Positions 28,942 to 38,869 of a DNA stretch of 64,000 bases are shown piece after piece. The DNA comes from Planctomycetota bacterium. Its GTDB lineage: Bacteria; Planctomycetota; SZUA-567; H5-PLA8. Position numbers and translations under genes: made by a program. The stretch is from assembly GCA_038227875.1 (NCBI GenBank), contig JBBRPR010000027.1:32001-96000 (forward strand), in the 5' to 3' direction. A model generated the notes under the pieces. It was not told the origin of the DNA. It did no database searches and saw only the letters and a list, made by a program, of their open reading frames with translations. Each line of letters opens with the position of its first letter. The stretch's first letter is position 1.

Positions 28942-29916
28942 ATGCGCATCATTTTCTGCGGAACTCCTGAATACGCCGTACCCTCACTCCAACGCCTCGC
29001 GGCCCTTGCGCCCACGCATGAAGTTGTGGCGGTCGTCTCTCAGCCGGATCGTCCCGTCGGACGCTCGCGTGCACTGACGTCACCGCCTGTAGTACAAGCC
29101 GCGCGGTCCTTGGGAATTCCGCCCGAGCGCATTTTTCAGCCCAAAAGCATCAATAAGCCGGACGTATTGAATGCCCTCAGGGCGCTCGATTCCGATCTGC
29201 TCTGTGTCGTCGCCTACGGCAACCTGCTCAAAGCCGAGGCACTCGCCCTACCCAAACTTTACCCCATCAACGCACATGGATCGCTATTACCGCGCCATCG
29301 TGGAGCTGCTCCGATTCAGGCCGCGCTGCTGGCCGGAGACGCCGAGACCGGCATCACGATCATGCGCATGGAACTGGCGTTGGATTCCGGGCCGATGATG
29401 CTCACGCGGTCAATTCCCATCCGACCCGAAGACGACGCCGGGACGCTTCACGATACGCTGGCGCAACTCTCGGCGGCGTGTTTCGTGGAGGCCGTCGAGC
29501 AAATTGCCGCGGGGACCGCGCAGTTTACGCCGCAGGACGAAGCACGGGTGACCTACGTTTCGAAGCTGGAGAAGGATTCCGGACAGATCGACTGGAACAA
29601 GGACGCCGAATTCCTCGGCCGCTTCGTCCGTGCGATGAACCCGTGGCCGGGCGCGTGGACGCGCGTGAGCGCCTCCGACGGCAGCGCGACGCTGCGCGTG
29701 CGGATCGCTCGGGCGCTTCCGGATTCCACGCCAACCGGCCCAGCCGGCGACGGCGTTCTGGAGGGAACCGGCGACGCGACCGTGTTTCGCATTGCCTGCG
29801 GTTCGGGAAGTCTGCGCGTCAGCACCGTGCAGCCGGAAGGCAAGCGCGAAATGCGCGTCGCGGAGTTCGCGCGCGGATCAGGGAAGAAGTTCGCGCCGCA
29901 TTCCAAGTGGGCTTAG
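28942..29916 (+). CDS. fmt: Methionyl-tRNA formyltransferase
   Basis: MRIIFCGTP, SQPDRP.GR, VVAYG, NAHGSLLPRHRGAAPIQ and NPWPGAW motifs. Confidence 0.96.
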   Translation: MRIIFCGTPEYAVPSLQRLAALAPTHEVVAVVSQPDRPVGRSRALTSPPVVQAARSLGIPPERIFQPKSINKPDVLNALRALDSDLLCVVAYGNLLKAEALALPKLYPINAHGSLLPRHRGAAPIQAALLAGDAETGITIMRMELALDSGPMMLTRSIPIRPEDDAGTLHDTLAQLSAACFVEAVEQIAAGTAQFTPQDEARVTYVSKLEKDSGQIDWNKDAEFLGRFVRAMNPWPGAWTRVSASDGSATLRVRIARALPDSTPTGPAGDGVLEGTGDATVFRIACGSGSLRVSTVQPEGKREMRVAEFARGSGKKFAPHSKWA

Positions 29917-29925
29917 AATTCAAGC

Positions 29926-30888
29926 ATGCGTACCTGGCTTCCCATTCTGGTGATCTTCAGTCTCTTCCTCGGCGTCTATACGTGGCGGCGGGCGAAATCG
30001 CAACCTGTGCCCGTGGCGCGCGCGCCTTTTCCGGGAGCGCAAGTGCCTGAGGGCGCGCTGCTGCCAGGCAGCCAGGTCACGGCGCGGATGATTCGCGGCG
30101 GGTTGCTGGTCGACGGCGATCTGGCCGATCCGCTTCAAGAGATCGACGCCGTCCGCGTCGGCACGCCGGAGAAACCGGAAGAGAAGGTGACCTTCAGCGG
30201 CGGCTGGACCTCGCCCGTGCGCGCGATCTGGTTTTTCGACGTCGATCCGGCCGCGAAGTACCGCGTAAACATCCGCACGCGCCACCGTTCCATGGCGGAG
30301 GTACTGACACCCGGAAAGACCGAGCCCCTGGAATTGCAGCGCGTCCGCGTGCATGTCAAAGCATCAGAAGGTGGCGGCAAGGCCGTCGTCGCGAACTTTT
30401 CTCCCGATGGGGCGTGGCTGGCTGTTGGCACCAACGCGGGGGATTTGAAGCTGGTGTCGACGCCGGGAGATCAGACGCGGATTGATCTGCATGGGTTGGG
30501 GAAAATTGCGCGCCTTTTTTTTGCGTTCGATTTCAAAACTCTTTTCGTGTTTTCGAACGACAACGAATTTCGCACATTCGACATCGCCACTGGAAAGGAG
30601 TCACCCGAAAAGGTTGCCTTTCCTAAAATCAGTTTGACCATTCAAACATTCGACGCGAACGTGATCGGGCATTCCGACGATGGGCGCTGGCTGGTCAAGA
30701 CAGGAGCAGCCGCAGGCTCGATGGCGTTGTTCGATACTAAATTGGATAAACCGACTAAACCGGTCTACGCCATCGCCCACCCGTTCGCGGCGCTGTCGAG
30801 CGACGGACGTTATCTGGCCGTGATCGACGAGCGCAATCTCGCCACGGAGCCGGAAGAAGCGGATGTGGATGTGATTGTCGAGCACTAA
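29926..30888 (+). CDS. Membrane-anchored hypothetical protein with a partial WD40-like propeller
   Basis: N-terminal TM helix; FSPDGAWLA, SDDGRWL and SSDGRYLA repeats. Confidence 0.6.
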   Translation: MRTWLPILVIFSLFLGVYTWRRAKSQPVPVARAPFPGAQVPEGALLPGSQVTARMIRGGLLVDGDLADPLQEIDAVRVGTPEKPEEKVTFSGGWTSPVRAIWFFDVDPAAKYRVNIRTRHRSMAEVLTPGKTEPLELQRVRVHVKASEGGGKAVVANFSPDGAWLAVGTNAGDLKLVSTPGDQTRIDLHGLGKIARLFFAFDFKTLFVFSNDNEFRTFDIATGKESPEKVAFPKISLTIQTFDANVIGHSDDGRWLVKTGAAAGSMALFDTKLDKPTKPVYAIAHPFAALSSDGRYLAVIDERNLATEPEEADVDVIVEH

Positions 30889-31024
30889 GAATTGGGAAGG
30901 GCGCCACCCTGTCACGAATTCGTTACAGGGTGTCTACTTTTAACGAGCGCGTAAATTTTCACACAGCGTTCTGCAACTCGAACTCGTATTCATCACTCAT
31001 CATTCAAAATTCATCGTTTAGTTG

Positions 31025-32692
31025 TTACGCGCTTTGTTTCACCAATTGCGCCACGACTTCCGTCAGCGTGGCCGGCTCGACGGGCTTGGCGAGGTGCCGC
31101 TGGAAACCTTCAGCCAGCGCGCGTTCGCGGTCTTCGGTCCGTGCGAACGCCGTCAACGCCACGGCCGGCATGTTGAAGCCGCGCTGACGCAGTTTCTGAA
31201 TCAGCACGTAGCCGTCCTCGTCGGGCATGCCGATATCGCTGACGATGATGTGCGGCGTGAATGTGTCGAGGCGTGTCAGGGCGGCGGCGACGGACTCGGC
31301 GTGCAGCACTTCAGCGCCATACTTCTGGAGCACGAACGAGACGAAATCGCGCGCGTCGGGTTCGTCGTCGACCACCAGCACGCGCACGCCGGAGAGCACC
31401 GACTTGGCGTGCTCTTCGGTCATCAGGGTGGGCGGAGGCGCCGGATCGAGGTTGACCGCAGGGATCGGAAGGCGGATGGTAAACGCCGCGCCTTGGCCTT
31501 TTCCGCCGCTCTCGGCGGACACGCTGCCCCCGTGAAGTTCAATCAAATGCTTGACGATGGACAGGCCCAGTCCCAAGCCGCCGTAGCGGCGCGTGGCGGA
31601 ACTGTCGAACTGGCTGAAGCGGCGGAAGAGCATCGGCATATACGACGGCTCAATGCCTTCACCGGTGTCGCTCACGCGCATAAGAATGTGGGATTCCTGC
31701 CGCGAGAGGCGCACTTCGACGTTGCCGCCGCGGGGCGTGAACTTGATGGCGTTGTTGAGCAGATTCCAGACGGCCTGCTGCAGACGGTTGAAATCGCCGC
31801 GGATCGGGCCGACGGATTCTTCCATTACGAAGCGGACTTTGATCGCCTTGGCGTCGGCGGCGGAGCGGACGACGTCCATCGCGGCTTCAACCACCTGCGC
31901 CAGACCGACGGGCTTGAGATCGAGCTTGAGTTTTCCCGCGACGATACGGCTGACGTCGAGCAGTTCCTCGATGATCGCGGCCTGCGCCTTGACGTTGCGC
32001 TCAATGATGCCCAGCGCGCGTTCCAGCTGCGGATTGCCGTGAAAATCCTCGAGCAGCACCTTGGTCCAGCCAAGAATGGGCGTGAGCGGCGTGCGCAGTT
32101 CGTGGCTGACCACGGCGAGGAATTCATCCTTCACGCGGCTGAGTTTTTCGGCTTCGTCGCGCGCGGCCTTGGTCTCGCGGAGTTCCAGCGCGCGCAGGTA
32201 AATTTCCGTCTCCATCTCCTCGGCGCGGTTTTCGAGCTCGTTCTGCTTGGCGCGTTGAGCGGCTTCCTGTTGCTTGAGCAGCACGTACTCGGTCACGTCT
32301 TCCACGCGGTGGATGATGTAGATGACCCGGTTGGCGGCGTCGAGCACCGGGGAATTCCGGGGACTCCAGTAGCGCACCTCAAACGTGCCTTTTTCCGGCG
32401 AACGGATGTCGTACTTCTGCACCGGCATGATGTCGGAGACGCGGCTGGCGATTACGCGCTGCAGCGAAGCGCTCAGGTTTTTGACGCCGCTGGCGTTGGG
32501 GTCGTTCGGGTTGTCGGGGAATACGTTGAACAGATGACGCCCGATGATCGCTTCGCGCGCCGTCATGGTGGCGCGCAGGTAGGCCTCGCTGACCGCGACG
32601 ATGGTTAGATCGGGCCGCAACACCAAGTACAGCCCCGGGGAGGATTCAAACAATCGTTGATAATCAGTCGAAGGAAGGGGCGGTAGCGCCAT
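31025..32692 (-). CDS. Cytoplasmic PAS hybrid histidine kinase/response regulator
   Basis: PAS domain, [31 protein letters not shown], and receiver VVDD...SDIGMP...KP. Confidence 0.95.
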   Translation of the reverse strand: MALPPLPSTDYQRLFESSPGLYLVLRPDLTIVAVSEAYLRATMTAREAIIGRHLFNVFPDNPNDPNASGVKNLSASLQRVIASRVSDIMPVQKYDIRSPEKGTFEVRYWSPRNSPVLDAANRVIYIIHRVEDVTEYVLLKQQEAAQRAKQNELENRAEEMETEIYLRALELRETKAARDEAEKLSRVKDEFLAVVSHELRTPLTPILGWTKVLLEDFHGNPQLERALGIIERNVKAQAAIIEELLDVSRIVAGKLKLDLKPVGLAQVVEAAMDVVRSAADAKAIKVRFVMEESVGPIRGDFNRLQQAVWNLLNNAIKFTPRGGNVEVRLSRQESHILMRVSDTGEGIEPSYMPMLFRRFSQFDSSATRRYGGLGLGLSIVKHLIELHGGSVSAESGGKGQGAAFTIRLPIPAVNLDPAPPPTLMTEEHAKSVLSGVRVLVVDDEPDARDFVSFVLQKYGAEVLHAESVAAALTRLDTFTPHIIVSDIGMPDEDGYVLIQKLRQRGFNMPAVALTAFARTEDRERALAEGFQRHLAKPVEPATLTEVVAQLVKQSA

Positions 32693-32781
32693 GGTTTCAT
32701 CCCGGGTGAACAGCCATTCCGACTCCAGCGGAGTGTATCACGAGGGTGAAAAATGCAAGAAGTTCGTAGAACCCAGCGGGG

Positions 32782-33285
32782 TTAGTCCATTTCTTCCGCG
32801 GGTTGAATGTAGGACGGGAAGTTGCCCTTGTATGCGTTCCAGGGAAAGCACTGGCTCGCAAAATTCTTCAAGGAGTTGCTCTTCGCGACGATAATTTTTG
32901 GGCGCAGCACCGCCGCGTACGTGTTCAAGAGCGCAATGGCATCCAGCAGCGAGCGGTACCCGCTCATCCCGGACATGTCGATATATATTTTGGTGAACGG
33001 CATCCCAAAATCCAACGCCGCGCGGACATCGAAGCCGTCGAGCACTTCAAAGCGCACGTGCGGATACTTTTCGCGCGCTCGGTCCAGGCATTCGGCGCTG
33101 ATGTCCGTGCCGAGAACCTCTCGCGAAGCCTCCGCCAGCAGCGCCGTGGTGATGCCGAACTCGCAACCGATCTCCAGGACCGTGTCGTCCTTGTTGACGC
33201 AGGTGGCGATGGTCTCCCTGTATTCATGCACGTTCTTCGTCGCGACGAATTTCGTGCGAATCCGGTACGGCTTTTCGGGTGTCAT
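32782..33285 (-). CDS. Class I SAM-dependent methyltransferase-like protein
   Basis: VLEIGCEFG and GTDIS motifs; AAGGA RBS. Confidence 0.8.
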   Translation of the reverse strand: MTPEKPYRIRTKFVATKNVHEYRETIATCVNKDDTVLEIGCEFGITTALLAEASREVLGTDISAECLDRAREKYPHVRFEVLDGFDVRAALDFGMPFTKIYIDMSGMSGYRSLLDAIALLNTYAAVLRPKIIVAKSNSLKNFASQCFPWNAYKGNFPSYIQPAEEMD

Positions 33286-33316
33286 GAAAAAATTCCTTGG
33301 ACGAGCTCACTGCACA

Positions 33317-35098
33317 CTAGCGGTGGTTGTCGAAGATCGTGCCCTTGAACGGATCGGTGGGCGTGCGGCGCTTGGCCGCATGCTTGCGCAGCTTCGGCGG
33401 CGGCGCGGGCTGTTCACCGCGCGCGAAGCGGTCGAGCATGTCTTTAAGTTCTTCGCGCAGGCTGGGCTTTTCAATCAACTCTTCGCAATCCTTTTTCGGC
33501 ACGGTCTGGTCCGCGTCGGAGAGCTGCACAATATAATTCTCGCCCTTCTCGTCGAGGCGGATGCGGCCGTGGAATTCCGTGCCATCCTTCTTGACCAGCA
33601 CTTGCGTGTGGAACATGCGGGGATCGCGGTAGCCGAGCTGCGCGGAACGGTCGAAGGCGTTGAGCGCGATGTGGCATTCGCTCTCGTCGCGCTGCAGGGC
33701 CGCCAGCGCCGTGGCGAGGCCGAAGTTCGCCGATCCGGAATCGGGATCGAGGATCAGAATCTTTTTGAACACCGCCGCGGCCTCTTCCCACTGCCCGAGT
33801 TCCAGCAGCACCGCGCCCTGTTCATTCAGGGACGCGAGATTGAACGGACTGGCCACGATCGCCGCTTCCAGATATGTCCGCGCCGGGGCGTAATGTCCGG
33901 TGATGACGTTGCATAGCGCAAGTTGATACGCGGCCTGATGCAGGCGGGGATAGATCTGCAGAGACGCCGAGAACCACTTCAGCGCTTCTTCCCACGTATC
34001 GAAGCTGGGCTGATTGCTGAGTAAATCTCCCTGTTCGCCACTGCCCCAGCCGCTACGGTCGCGCGCCATGGCCTTGACGAAGCTGGCGTCTTTCAACGCG
34101 CGGTCCTTGAAGTTCAAGCCTTGGTCGAAGTCATAAAGCGCGCGGGCCATCTCTTCGCGTTCGTCGGGAATCAGCGGCTCGTGCTTCTTCTTGCGTTCGG
34201 CGTTTTCTTTTTCGCGCGCAACGGCCTTGTCTTTCAGCGCATCGAAGAAATCCTGCAACCGTTCGATCGACAACGACGCCAGGTCTAGCACGCCCGTCGT
34301 ATCCTTCGGGCCGGCTTCAAGAGCAAGTTTGCGGGCGACGGTGTAGCTTTGCAGCGCGTCTTCGTAGAAGCCGGTCTCTTCCTGCGCCACGGCCAGCGTG
34401 TAAACGCCCAGCGCGCGAATCTCCGGTTGTTTCGGCACGCCGACGCCCTGGCCGTCCTCGTTCCATCCCTTGAGGAGCTTGATTGCTTCCTGCGGTCGGC
34501 CGTACGCGGCCAGCGCCACGGCCAGCGAGATGCGCGTCTTCGCATCAGTCGGGACCAGATCGAGCGCCTGATAATAGGAGACGATCGCCGCGTCGGTTTC
34601 TCCCGCGCGTTCCAGCACCGCGCCGAGCGAGCGTCGCAGATCGGCTTTGAACTCCGCCTTCTCCTCGTCGGTGTAGGCGCTTAAATGTTTGAGCGTTTTG
34701 TCGTCGGCGTACTTCAAGGCCATTTCAAGCGCCGCGCGGGCATGGACAAACTGGCGCTGGCCGATCCAGAAGCGCGCGTACTCCGCGAGTGCGCGCGGGT
34801 TCTTGGGGTCTTTCTCCAACGCGGCGCGGAACGCTTTCTGGGCGTCCTTGTAACGGTCCAGCTGCTGGTCGCGCAGCTCGATCTGCTGCTCGGGGTTGTC
34901 GATGGAAACTTTGTGGGCCTGCTCGCCGAGGCGGTCGCCATCCAGCGCGGCCTTTCGCGCAGCGGCCAGGTCGTCGGAGATATCGGCGGTCAGCGGTTCG
35001 CTTGTCTGCGCGGCGCGGGCCACAGTGATGCTCGCACACAACAGAAACGCGGCAAGTACTGCCCGGCGGAGTTGCAGAAGTGAAAACACGTTGGGCAT
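33317..35098 (-). CDS. Secreted tetratricopeptide repeat protein
   Basis: Signal peptide and many TPR units (e.g. LGAVLERAGETDAAIVSYYQALDLVP). Confidence 0.85.
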   Translation of the reverse strand: MPNVFSLLQLRRAVLAAFLLCASITVARAAQTSEPLTADISDDLAAARKAALDGDRLGEQAHKVSIDNPEQQIELRDQQLDRYKDAQKAFRAALEKDPKNPRALAEYARFWIGQRQFVHARAALEMALKYADDKTLKHLSAYTDEEKAEFKADLRRSLGAVLERAGETDAAIVSYYQALDLVPTDAKTRISLAVALAAYGRPQEAIKLLKGWNEDGQGVGVPKQPEIRALGVYTLAVAQEETGFYEDALQSYTVARKLALEAGPKDTTGVLDLASLSIERLQDFFDALKDKAVAREKENAERKKKHEPLIPDEREEMARALYDFDQGLNFKDRALKDASFVKAMARDRSGWGSGEQGDLLSNQPSFDTWEEALKWFSASLQIYPRLHQAAYQLALCNVITGHYAPARTYLEAAIVASPFNLASLNEQGAVLLELGQWEEAAAVFKKILILDPDSGSANFGLATALAALQRDESECHIALNAFDRSAQLGYRDPRMFHTQVLVKKDGTEFHGRIRLDEKGENYIVQLSDADQTVPKKDCEELIEKPSLREELKDMLDRFARGEQPAPPPKLRKHAAKRRTPTDPFKGTIFDNHR

Positions 35099-35160
35099 GG
35101 GAGTAAGGCTACTCCCATTTTCTTCTTGTCAAGGCGCGTGAAGAGGGATACTTAACGTGC

Positions 35161-36270
35161 ATGGCAACAGCGCCCACGTCACCTTCCAATCCAACTCCAG
35201 GTTCCGCCGGTTCCGGAGGCGGTGGCGGCGCACGTCCCGCCGGCCGTCCAAATGCGCCCGGGGCTGCGTTTCGCCCTGCGACGAATGCGCCCGGCGGCGC
35301 GCGTCCGGCCTCTTCAGTGCCCGGCTCCAGCGCACCCAAACCGGACATTAAACCGGTGGCGCCCGACGCGTCCGATAGCGACCGCATGCGCAAGCCCGGT
35401 GCGGCGATGCGAAACAACACGGCCAGCACCGCGCCCACGGCCAAGCACCCGCCGGTCAATCCCAACGCCATCTCCGGCAACTTGCCGAAAGCCGTGAATC
35501 CCAATTCTGTTTCCGGCACACTGCCGAAAGCGGTGAATCCCAATTCCGTCTCGGGCAACTTGCCGAAAATCGGTGGGCGACCGCCGTCGGGCAAAGCTCC
35601 GCCGTCCGACCTTGCCGCGCGCCGCGAAGCGCTCGGACTTTCTTCAATGAAGCCCTCCGAAATGATCGCGGGCCTGGATGAAGCGGCCGCACGCGCGGAG
35701 AAGCTCGAAAAGCGCGAAGAAGCCAAACGCAAAGGCGGCGGCAACACCCTCAACACCGCGCTCCACGTCGACGACACCGGCAAGAAATGGTCGCGCATGG
35801 TGTTGCTGTCGCTGGCGGGCGTGATCGCGCTGGTGGTGCTGATCGGCGCCGGGATGATTTATCTGTCCAACCGCAAGTCGCTCTCGCCGGCCGAAGGCAA
35901 CCAGTTGACCCGCCAATGGGTGCGCGATTTGGGCCTGATCGCTCAAAAAATGAAACCCTTCGAACTGGATGAGAAACCTCCATTGGACAAGGTGAAAGAG
36001 CGCCTGACCGAAGGCATCAATGCGGAATTGGACGATGTCAAAGCGACTATAAAGGCTCAGGAGGACGTGCACCGGCCTCCCAGCAGCCGCGACATTGAAT
36101 GGAAGGAAGAACTGCTCGAATTGCAGAAATATCAGGATGCCTGGGCTCAACCGTTCATGTTCAATTTGGACGACGACAAGCTGACGATTTCCGCCAAGGG
36201 CAAGTCCGAGCCCGGGCGTTCAATCGACCCGGTAATCGTGAAGCTCCCCCGCCGCAAGCCGTCTAAATAG
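35161..36270 (+). CDS. Bitopic membrane protein: disordered Pro/Gly-rich N-terminus with 13-aa repeats, one TM helix, GspG-like C-terminal motif
   Basis: VNPNxxSGxLPK three times, TM VLLSLAGVIALVVLIGAGMIYL, and DAWAQPFMF...LTISAKG. Confidence 0.6.
   Translation: MATAPTSPSNPTPGSAGSGGGGGARPAGRPNAPGAAFRPATNAPGGARPASSVPGSSAPKPDIKPVAPDASDSDRMRKPGAAMRNNTASTAPTAKHPPVNPNAISGNLPKAVNPNSVSGTLPKAVNPNSVSGNLPKIGGRPPSGKAPPSDLAARREALGLSSMKPSEMIAGLDEAAARAEKLEKREEAKRKGGGNTLNTALHVDDTGKKWSRMVLLSLAGVIALVVLIGAGMIYLSNRKSLSPAEGNQLTRQWVRDLGLIAQKMKPFELDEKPPLDKVKERLTEGINAELDDVKATIKAQEDVHRPPSSRDIEWKEELLELQKYQDAWAQPFMFNLDDDKLTISAKGKSEPGRSIDPVIVKLPRRKPSK
35455..35571 (+). repeat. 39-bp coding tandem repeat, three copies
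   Basis: Encodes VNPNAISGNLPKA, VNPNSVSGTLPKA and VNPNSVSGNLPKI. Confidence 0.85.
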
Positions 36271-36293
36271 CCGTGCTTCCCAGCCCGAAATTC

Positions 36294-38867
36294 ATGAGGA
36301 TCGCCGTCTCGTTGCTCGCAATTAGTGCGAGCGCGGCGTCGTTTTCCTGTGGTGCCGAAAAGTCGCCCAAGCCTGAAAAGCCCGAGAAACCTGACAAGAG
36401 CGACGCCGACAAGGCGGAAAAGGAAAAGGCCGACCGCGAAAGGGCGGAGAAGGATAAGCCGAAAGGTCCGCCGGAAATCCGCATGGACGCCGACGGCCAT
36501 GTCGTGCTCAGTCGCGACGGCAGACTTCTGGCGGTGCTGGTGCTGCGAAAAGTGACGGCCGGCGAGCAGTCTCCGGCGGTGATGACGCCGGATGCGGCTC
36601 AGGCTCTGCTGAAAGATGCGAAACTCGCGCCGCTCAATGATGGCGAAGAAAAAGCGTGGGCTCTGGAAGTGCCACTGCCGACCGGCGACCGCAAAGACAC
36701 CGTCAGCGTCATGCTCAACGCCAAGCGCGTGTCGCAAGGTACGCGCATTCTGGTCAACAGCAACGTCTACGGACTGGCGCGCGCGTATCTCGCCCCCGGG
36801 GAATCGCTGCCGAAAGCTGAAGAGCTGGAAATCGCGGTGCAGCTTTTTAAAGACGCCGAAGGCGCGCTGCCAAATCTGGCGAACTTGAACGGAAAGCGCG
36901 GCCCGGCTCCGCCCGAGACCACGGCGCTAGTCCGGAATCGCTTCTGCGACTTCGAAGGGAAGGGCGGCTACCGCGTGAATCTGACGCGGTCGGGCCCCGC
37001 GGATTGGTCGATCCAGAAATTGCCGGATAGTATGGTGCTGCGCTCGAAACTGCGCCCCGATCCGCACGAACTCGGCGCGTTCGGTTCGTTCATCGTGTAC
37101 CTGGGTGGCGGAGCCGATGAAGCGCCGCCGGAACTCTCGACACTCAAGCTGACTCACGCCCTGACGCCGGCGCGCGATTTTATTGAAGGTTACATCCGGG
37201 TCTACGCGTCCGGCGCCAATCCGTACATTCTGTCGGAACTCGCCGTGGTCGCGGAGATCGCCTGCCCGCCCGCCACCGACGGCACCGTCTCGATCAAACG
37301 ACTGCCATGCTTTTTCTGGGAAGCGCCGTCCAGTGACCCGGCGGAAGGCGAATTCCGTTTCCGCTTCGCCGCGCCGACGGAAGACCTGTACGGCGCGCGG
37401 CTGGCCGTGATTACGAACACCGGCGAAGCGCACGCCGACGCGCTGCCGCTGCGTTCAGGCAGCCCCGCCTCGCGCGGCTTCGCACGACTGAAAGGCTCGG
37501 CGTTGAAGCTCGACGACGGTTCGCTTTTCGTGCCGGTGGGCTTCAATCTTGATTTTCCAAACGCCACGCCCAAGCTCGACGACTACCGCACGCAATTCAC
37601 CGCCATCGCCCGCGCCGGCGGCAACTGCGTGCGTATCTGGCTGACGGACCGCGGGCTCTCGCTGGAAGGCCCGAAAGCGGGCAATTTCGATCCAGACACG
37701 ATGGCGCAGATCGATGCGGTGCTCCGCGCCGCGCAGGCCCGCGATATCCGCGTGATTCTCACACTCGAAAGCGGCACGCGCCTGGGCAAGCGCTCCGATC
37801 AGCATCCGTACTTTCACGAACTCGGCGGACCGCTGCTGGCTGCGCCCGAGTTCTTCCGTGACGTGCCCGCGCGCAAGCTCTTCCAGGCGCGGCTGACCTA
37901 CGCCGCCGCGCGCTTTGGCGCCTTCCGCTCGGTGCTTGCGTGGGAATTGATGGACGACATCGATCAGGCCTGGGCGGCGCTGCGCAACAATCCCGAAAAC
38001 GTGAAACTCTCCGCCAGCGAAATGGATCTCGCCCGCCGCGCGCGCCGCGATGTTCAGGACTGGGTCGAAGAGATGGCGCTGCATTTAAAAGGGATGGATC
38101 AGTTCGAACATCCCGTCGGCGTCTCGACGCGCACTTCACCCGACGCGCCGTGGAAGGCGCTGGAATCGCTGGAGCATCTCGATTTCACCAGCACCGAAGG
38201 CCTGACCTTCAACGCCGACGAAAAGCGCGACGGCGACGAGGCCGCGCGGCTTTACGCGTGGGCAGCCGCCGCCAAGGAACCGGGTCGCGGGCACAAGGGA
38301 TACTTCGTCGGCTCGCTGCTCGACCGGACCACGAAAGCCGGCGAGAACGCCGCGCTGCTGGAACACAACGCGATCTTCGCCAGCCTCGCCTGCGGGCATT
38401 TGCTCGTGCCGCTGCTCGATGACAACTTGATCAAACCCGCGGCTGAAAATCCGTCCGATGTGCTCGCCGCCACGGAATTCGCGGCCGGACTTTCCGAAAT
38501 TCAGCGCGGCACTCAGAAGGAGCCGCCGCGCGATATCGTCAGCGCCGCCGATGCCGCGGACGGCGCGCATCTGCGCATCGCCGGACGCGTGGCGCGCCGT
38601 GGCCTGGCCGTGTGGATTCAGGACGCGCGTTCGACCTGGGTCGAGGGTGCCGAGAGTCCGGAAGTGGCGGAGACCGAAGTGCGCCTGCCCGCGCTGTCGG
38701 AAGGTTCGTACGGCGTCTACTGGCTCGACACGCGAACCGGCGCGTACATTTCCAGCGCGACGTACGCCGCGCCGGCCAAGCAGATCGACCAGGCGGCGCA
38801 GCCGTTCGTGATCAAGACGCCGCGCTTCAAGCGCGACATCGCACTGATCGTGACGTTGAAGCCGTAA
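36294..38867 (+). CDS. Large secreted protein with a GH5/clan GH-A-like TIM barrel
   Basis: Signal peptide; FVPVGFN, GGNCVRIWL, ARDIRVILTL and SVLAWELMDDID. Confidence 0.65.
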   Translation: MRIAVSLLAISASAASFSCGAEKSPKPEKPEKPDKSDADKAEKEKADRERAEKDKPKGPPEIRMDADGHVVLSRDGRLLAVLVLRKVTAGEQSPAVMTPDAAQALLKDAKLAPLNDGEEKAWALEVPLPTGDRKDTVSVMLNAKRVSQGTRILVNSNVYGLARAYLAPGESLPKAEELEIAVQLFKDAEGALPNLANLNGKRGPAPPETTALVRNRFCDFEGKGGYRVNLTRSGPADWSIQKLPDSMVLRSKLRPDPHELGAFGSFIVYLGGGADEAPPELSTLKLTHALTPARDFIEGYIRVYASGANPYILSELAVVAEIACPPATDGTVSIKRLPCFFWEAPSSDPAEGEFRFRFAAPTEDLYGARLAVITNTGEAHADALPLRSGSPASRGFARLKGSALKLDDGSLFVPVGFNLDFPNATPKLDDYRTQFTAIARAGGNCVRIWLTDRGLSLEGPKAGNFDPDTMAQIDAVLRAAQARDIRVILTLESGTRLGKRSDQHPYFHELGGPLLAAPEFFRDVPARKLFQARLTYAAARFGAFRSVLAWELMDDIDQAWAALRNNPENVKLSASEMDLARRARRDVQDWVEEMALHLKGMDQFEHPVGVSTRTSPDAPWKALESLEHLDFTSTEGLTFNADEKRDGDEAARLYAWAAAAKEPGRGHKGYFVGSLLDRTTKAGENAALLEHNAIFASLACGHLLVPLLDDNLIKPAAENPSDVLAATEFAAGLSEIQRGTQKEPPRDIVSAADAADGAHLRIAGRVARRGLAVWIQDARSTWVEGAESPEVAETEVRLPALSEGSYGVYWLDTRTGAYISSATYAAPAKQIDQAAQPFVIKTPRFKRDIALIVTLKP

Positions 38868-38869
38868 GT

